From Octopus sinensis (lineage: Eukaryota), in the NCBI RefSeq assembly GCF_006345805.1, contig NW_021827309.1:1-10770 (forward strand): a stretch of DNA of 10,770 nt, read 5' to 3'. A program made the position numbers and the translations under genes. A model generated the notes under the pieces. The model worked only from the letters and a program-made list of their open reading frames with translations, made no database searches and was not told the origin of the DNA. This document shows, one piece after another, positions 8,930 to 10,770 of this stretch (its first letter is position 1; each line of letters begins with the position of its first letter).

Positions 8930-9218
8930 AATCCAAACGGGAAACAAAAAAACAACAACAAAGGAACAATTACAGTATTATTATTAATAGGCGCTCAGGA
9001 AAAGGAAGCAGGGAGGTATGACGTTTCGAGCGGAGCTCTTCGTCGGAAACATAAAGAAGGAAGAGAGAGGAAAGAAAGATCCCGAGCGGGCAACAGGGAA
9101 AGAGAAAAAAGACGACTGTGTTTACGAGTAGCACATGGTGAAAGGCGGATGTTTACGAAAACAGAGCAAAGGGGTTTTTTAAAGGCAAAGAGTGGAGACA
9201 AGGTTGGTAACGCAACAG
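8926..9218 (-). mobile_element. Probable Penelope-like pseudo-LTR-derived repeat carrying a hammerhead motif, flanked by (TA)n and (TG)n
   Basis: Contains the minimal hammerhead at 9016-9050, followed on - by an AT-rich, poly(A)-signal-like region (ATTAAA near 8927-8932). Boundaries are approximate and the family assignment is an inference. Confidence 0.5.
9016..9050 (-). ncRNA. Minimal type I hammerhead ribozyme (variant core)
   Basis: Minus strand: GUUU-CCGACGA-A-GAGC(UCC)GCUC-GAAA-C-GUC^AUAC. Stem I 3/4 paired, core CYGANGA with U4C, extra A before stem II, 4-bp stem II, GAAAC-GUC minimal stem III, and a GUC cleavage triplet. Confidence 0.7.
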
Positions 9219-9600
9219 ATGTGTGTGTATGTGTGAGTGTGTGCGTGGTGTGGTGTGCGTGCGTGTATGTGTGTGTGTGTGAGGCGAGATGAAAAAACAA
9301 AAAAAATATATATGTGTGTGTTAGTGTGTGCGTCTGTGTGTAGGCGTGTGAGGTAGGGCGAGATAGTGGTCAGCTTAGCAGACAAAGGTCAGTAGTAAAA
9401 AAAGAAGGAAGGAGGAAGGGAGGGAGGTGGAAGGGTGGGGGCGTATGTAGCGTGCCAGCGTGTGTTGAGTAGTAGTGTGTGGTGTTGTGTCCAGTGTCGT
9501 GTGGTATATGGCGAGTAGATTGAATGTGTGTAAGAGTATGTATATTTTAAGCAATGTGTGTAATGTGTGCGCGCGTGGTAATATATATATTTAAAAAAGG
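9219..9600 (+). repeat. Degenerate (TG)n and purine-rich low-complexity tract
   Basis: Directly visible; source of His/Thr-rich spurious ORFs. Confidence 0.85.
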
Positions 9601-9724
9601 AGATGTGGAACACGAGTTGTGATATATAAAAAAGGAAATGAAGTAAAAATAACTTTCACCTAATTTTAAATTAAATTAACTTAAATTACTTAAATTATTT
9701 TGTCAGCATTTTCTTCATTTCCTT

Positions 9725-9830
9725 TTTTATATATATATATATTTTATTCTCTTCTATGTATGCATGTATGTATATATGTATATAAGCATGTATATATATG
9801 TATGTATGTATATATGTGCGTGTATGTATA
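9725..9830. repeat. (TA)/(TATG)n microsatellite
   Basis: Directly visible. Confidence 0.9.
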
Positions 9831-10200
9831 TATTCCTTTACTTGTTTCACTCATTTGATTGCGGCCATACTGGAGCTCCACCTTTAGTTGGACAAATCGA
9901 CCCCAGGAGTTATTCTTTGTAAGCCTAGCACTTATTCTATCGGTTCCTTTGGCCGAACCGCAAGGTTACGGGGACATTATACACTAACATCGATTGTCAA
10001 GCGATGGTGGTGGGACAAACAGAGAGACACATCTGTATATACAACGGGGACTTTCATTTTCCATCTACCAGACCCACTCACAAGGCTTTGGTCGACCCAA
10101 GGCTAGGGTAGAAGGCACTTACCCAAGGTGTCCACGAAGTGGGACTGAACCCAGAAACATGTGGTTGCGAAGCAAGCTTCTTACCACACAGCCACTCCTA
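9831..10200 (-). mobile_element. Full-length tRNA-derived SINE, family A (best-preserved copy)
   Basis: Minus: A box TGGCTGTGTGG (10194->10184), B box GGGTTCAGTCCC (10152->10141), body ccttgggtaagtgccttcta..., tail ...ggccgcaatcaaatgagtgaaacaagtaaaggaata. Confidence 0.88.
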
Positions 10201-10359
10201 TATCTGTATATATATTATATATACATATATGTATATATATTATATATATATATATACTATATATATTATATATATGTATATATTATATTATATATATCTA
10301 TATATATTATATATCTATATACATACAATATATAATATATTGTTTATATATATATAATA

Positions 10360-10393
<34 letters not shown>

Positions 10394-10397
10394 ATAC

Positions 10398-10428
<31 letters not shown>

Positions 10429-10440
10429 CATACATACAAA
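10201..10440. repeat. (TA)n followed by (TACA)n microsatellite
   Basis: Directly visible. Confidence 0.95.
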
Positions 10441-10649
10441 AATGCGCACAAATAGCAAAATTTTTGGAAAGTGGAAAATGAGGCCAGATTTAATGGAGAA
10501 ATATATAGTGAGAGACCGCTATACATACACTTATGCATTCATTTATAGACATGTGTGTGTCTGTATGCATGTGTGTATTGTTTATCACAATAACAAATAA
10601 TCGATGCTTCCATTACACATTACAGTATGTTTAAATATATAAAGGATCT

Positions 10650-10728
10650 ATGAGTATATATATATATATATATTAGAAGGTTTGGAGAGGTGATACCTTA
10701 TTTCTTCTAATATATACATATATATATA

Positions 10729-10768
<40 letters not shown>

Positions 10769-10770
10769 TA
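10650..10770. repeat. (TA)n microsatellite
   Basis: Directly visible. Confidence 0.9.

Noticed and set aside
8834-9292. 152-aa + strand ORF
   Set aside because: It runs through (TA)n, a purine-rich repeat and (TG)n; the composition is explained by low complexity, and it is antisense to the hammerhead repeat.
194-10600. Most ORFs in the supplied track (YI-, YLSI-, HT- and CV-repeat peptides)
   Set aside because: They are translations of microsatellites that lack stop codons in some frames; no domain content.
1-10770. CRISPR arrays or prokaryotic defence systems
   Set aside because: No repeat-spacer arrays or operon-like genes; the sequence is eukaryotic repeat-rich DNA.

Overview
This is an AT-rich, microsatellite-dominated eukaryotic non-coding window (intronic or intergenic) with no protein-coding gene I can support. 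Almost all supplied ORFs are translations of (TA)n, (CA/TG)n, (AGAT)n or (GA)n repeats, or of retroelements. The repeat landscape looks like an octopus (coleoid cephalopod) genome; this is pattern recognition from memory, not a database result. Supported elements: a TA-flanked Tc1/mariner-type MITE (402-612); a decayed 3' fragment of an RTE-clade LINE (735-1168, -); six or seven tRNA-derived SINE copies of at least three types, including one young copy with a perfect 13-bp target-site duplication and two tail-to-tail inverted pairs; and two TA-embedded repeats of probable Penelope-like origin. The best lead is a 35-nt minimal type I hammerhead ribozyme on the - strand (9016-9050) with a non-canonical CCGACGA core and an extra A before stem II. 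A second, decayed hammerhead-shaped motif lies at 231-267 (-).
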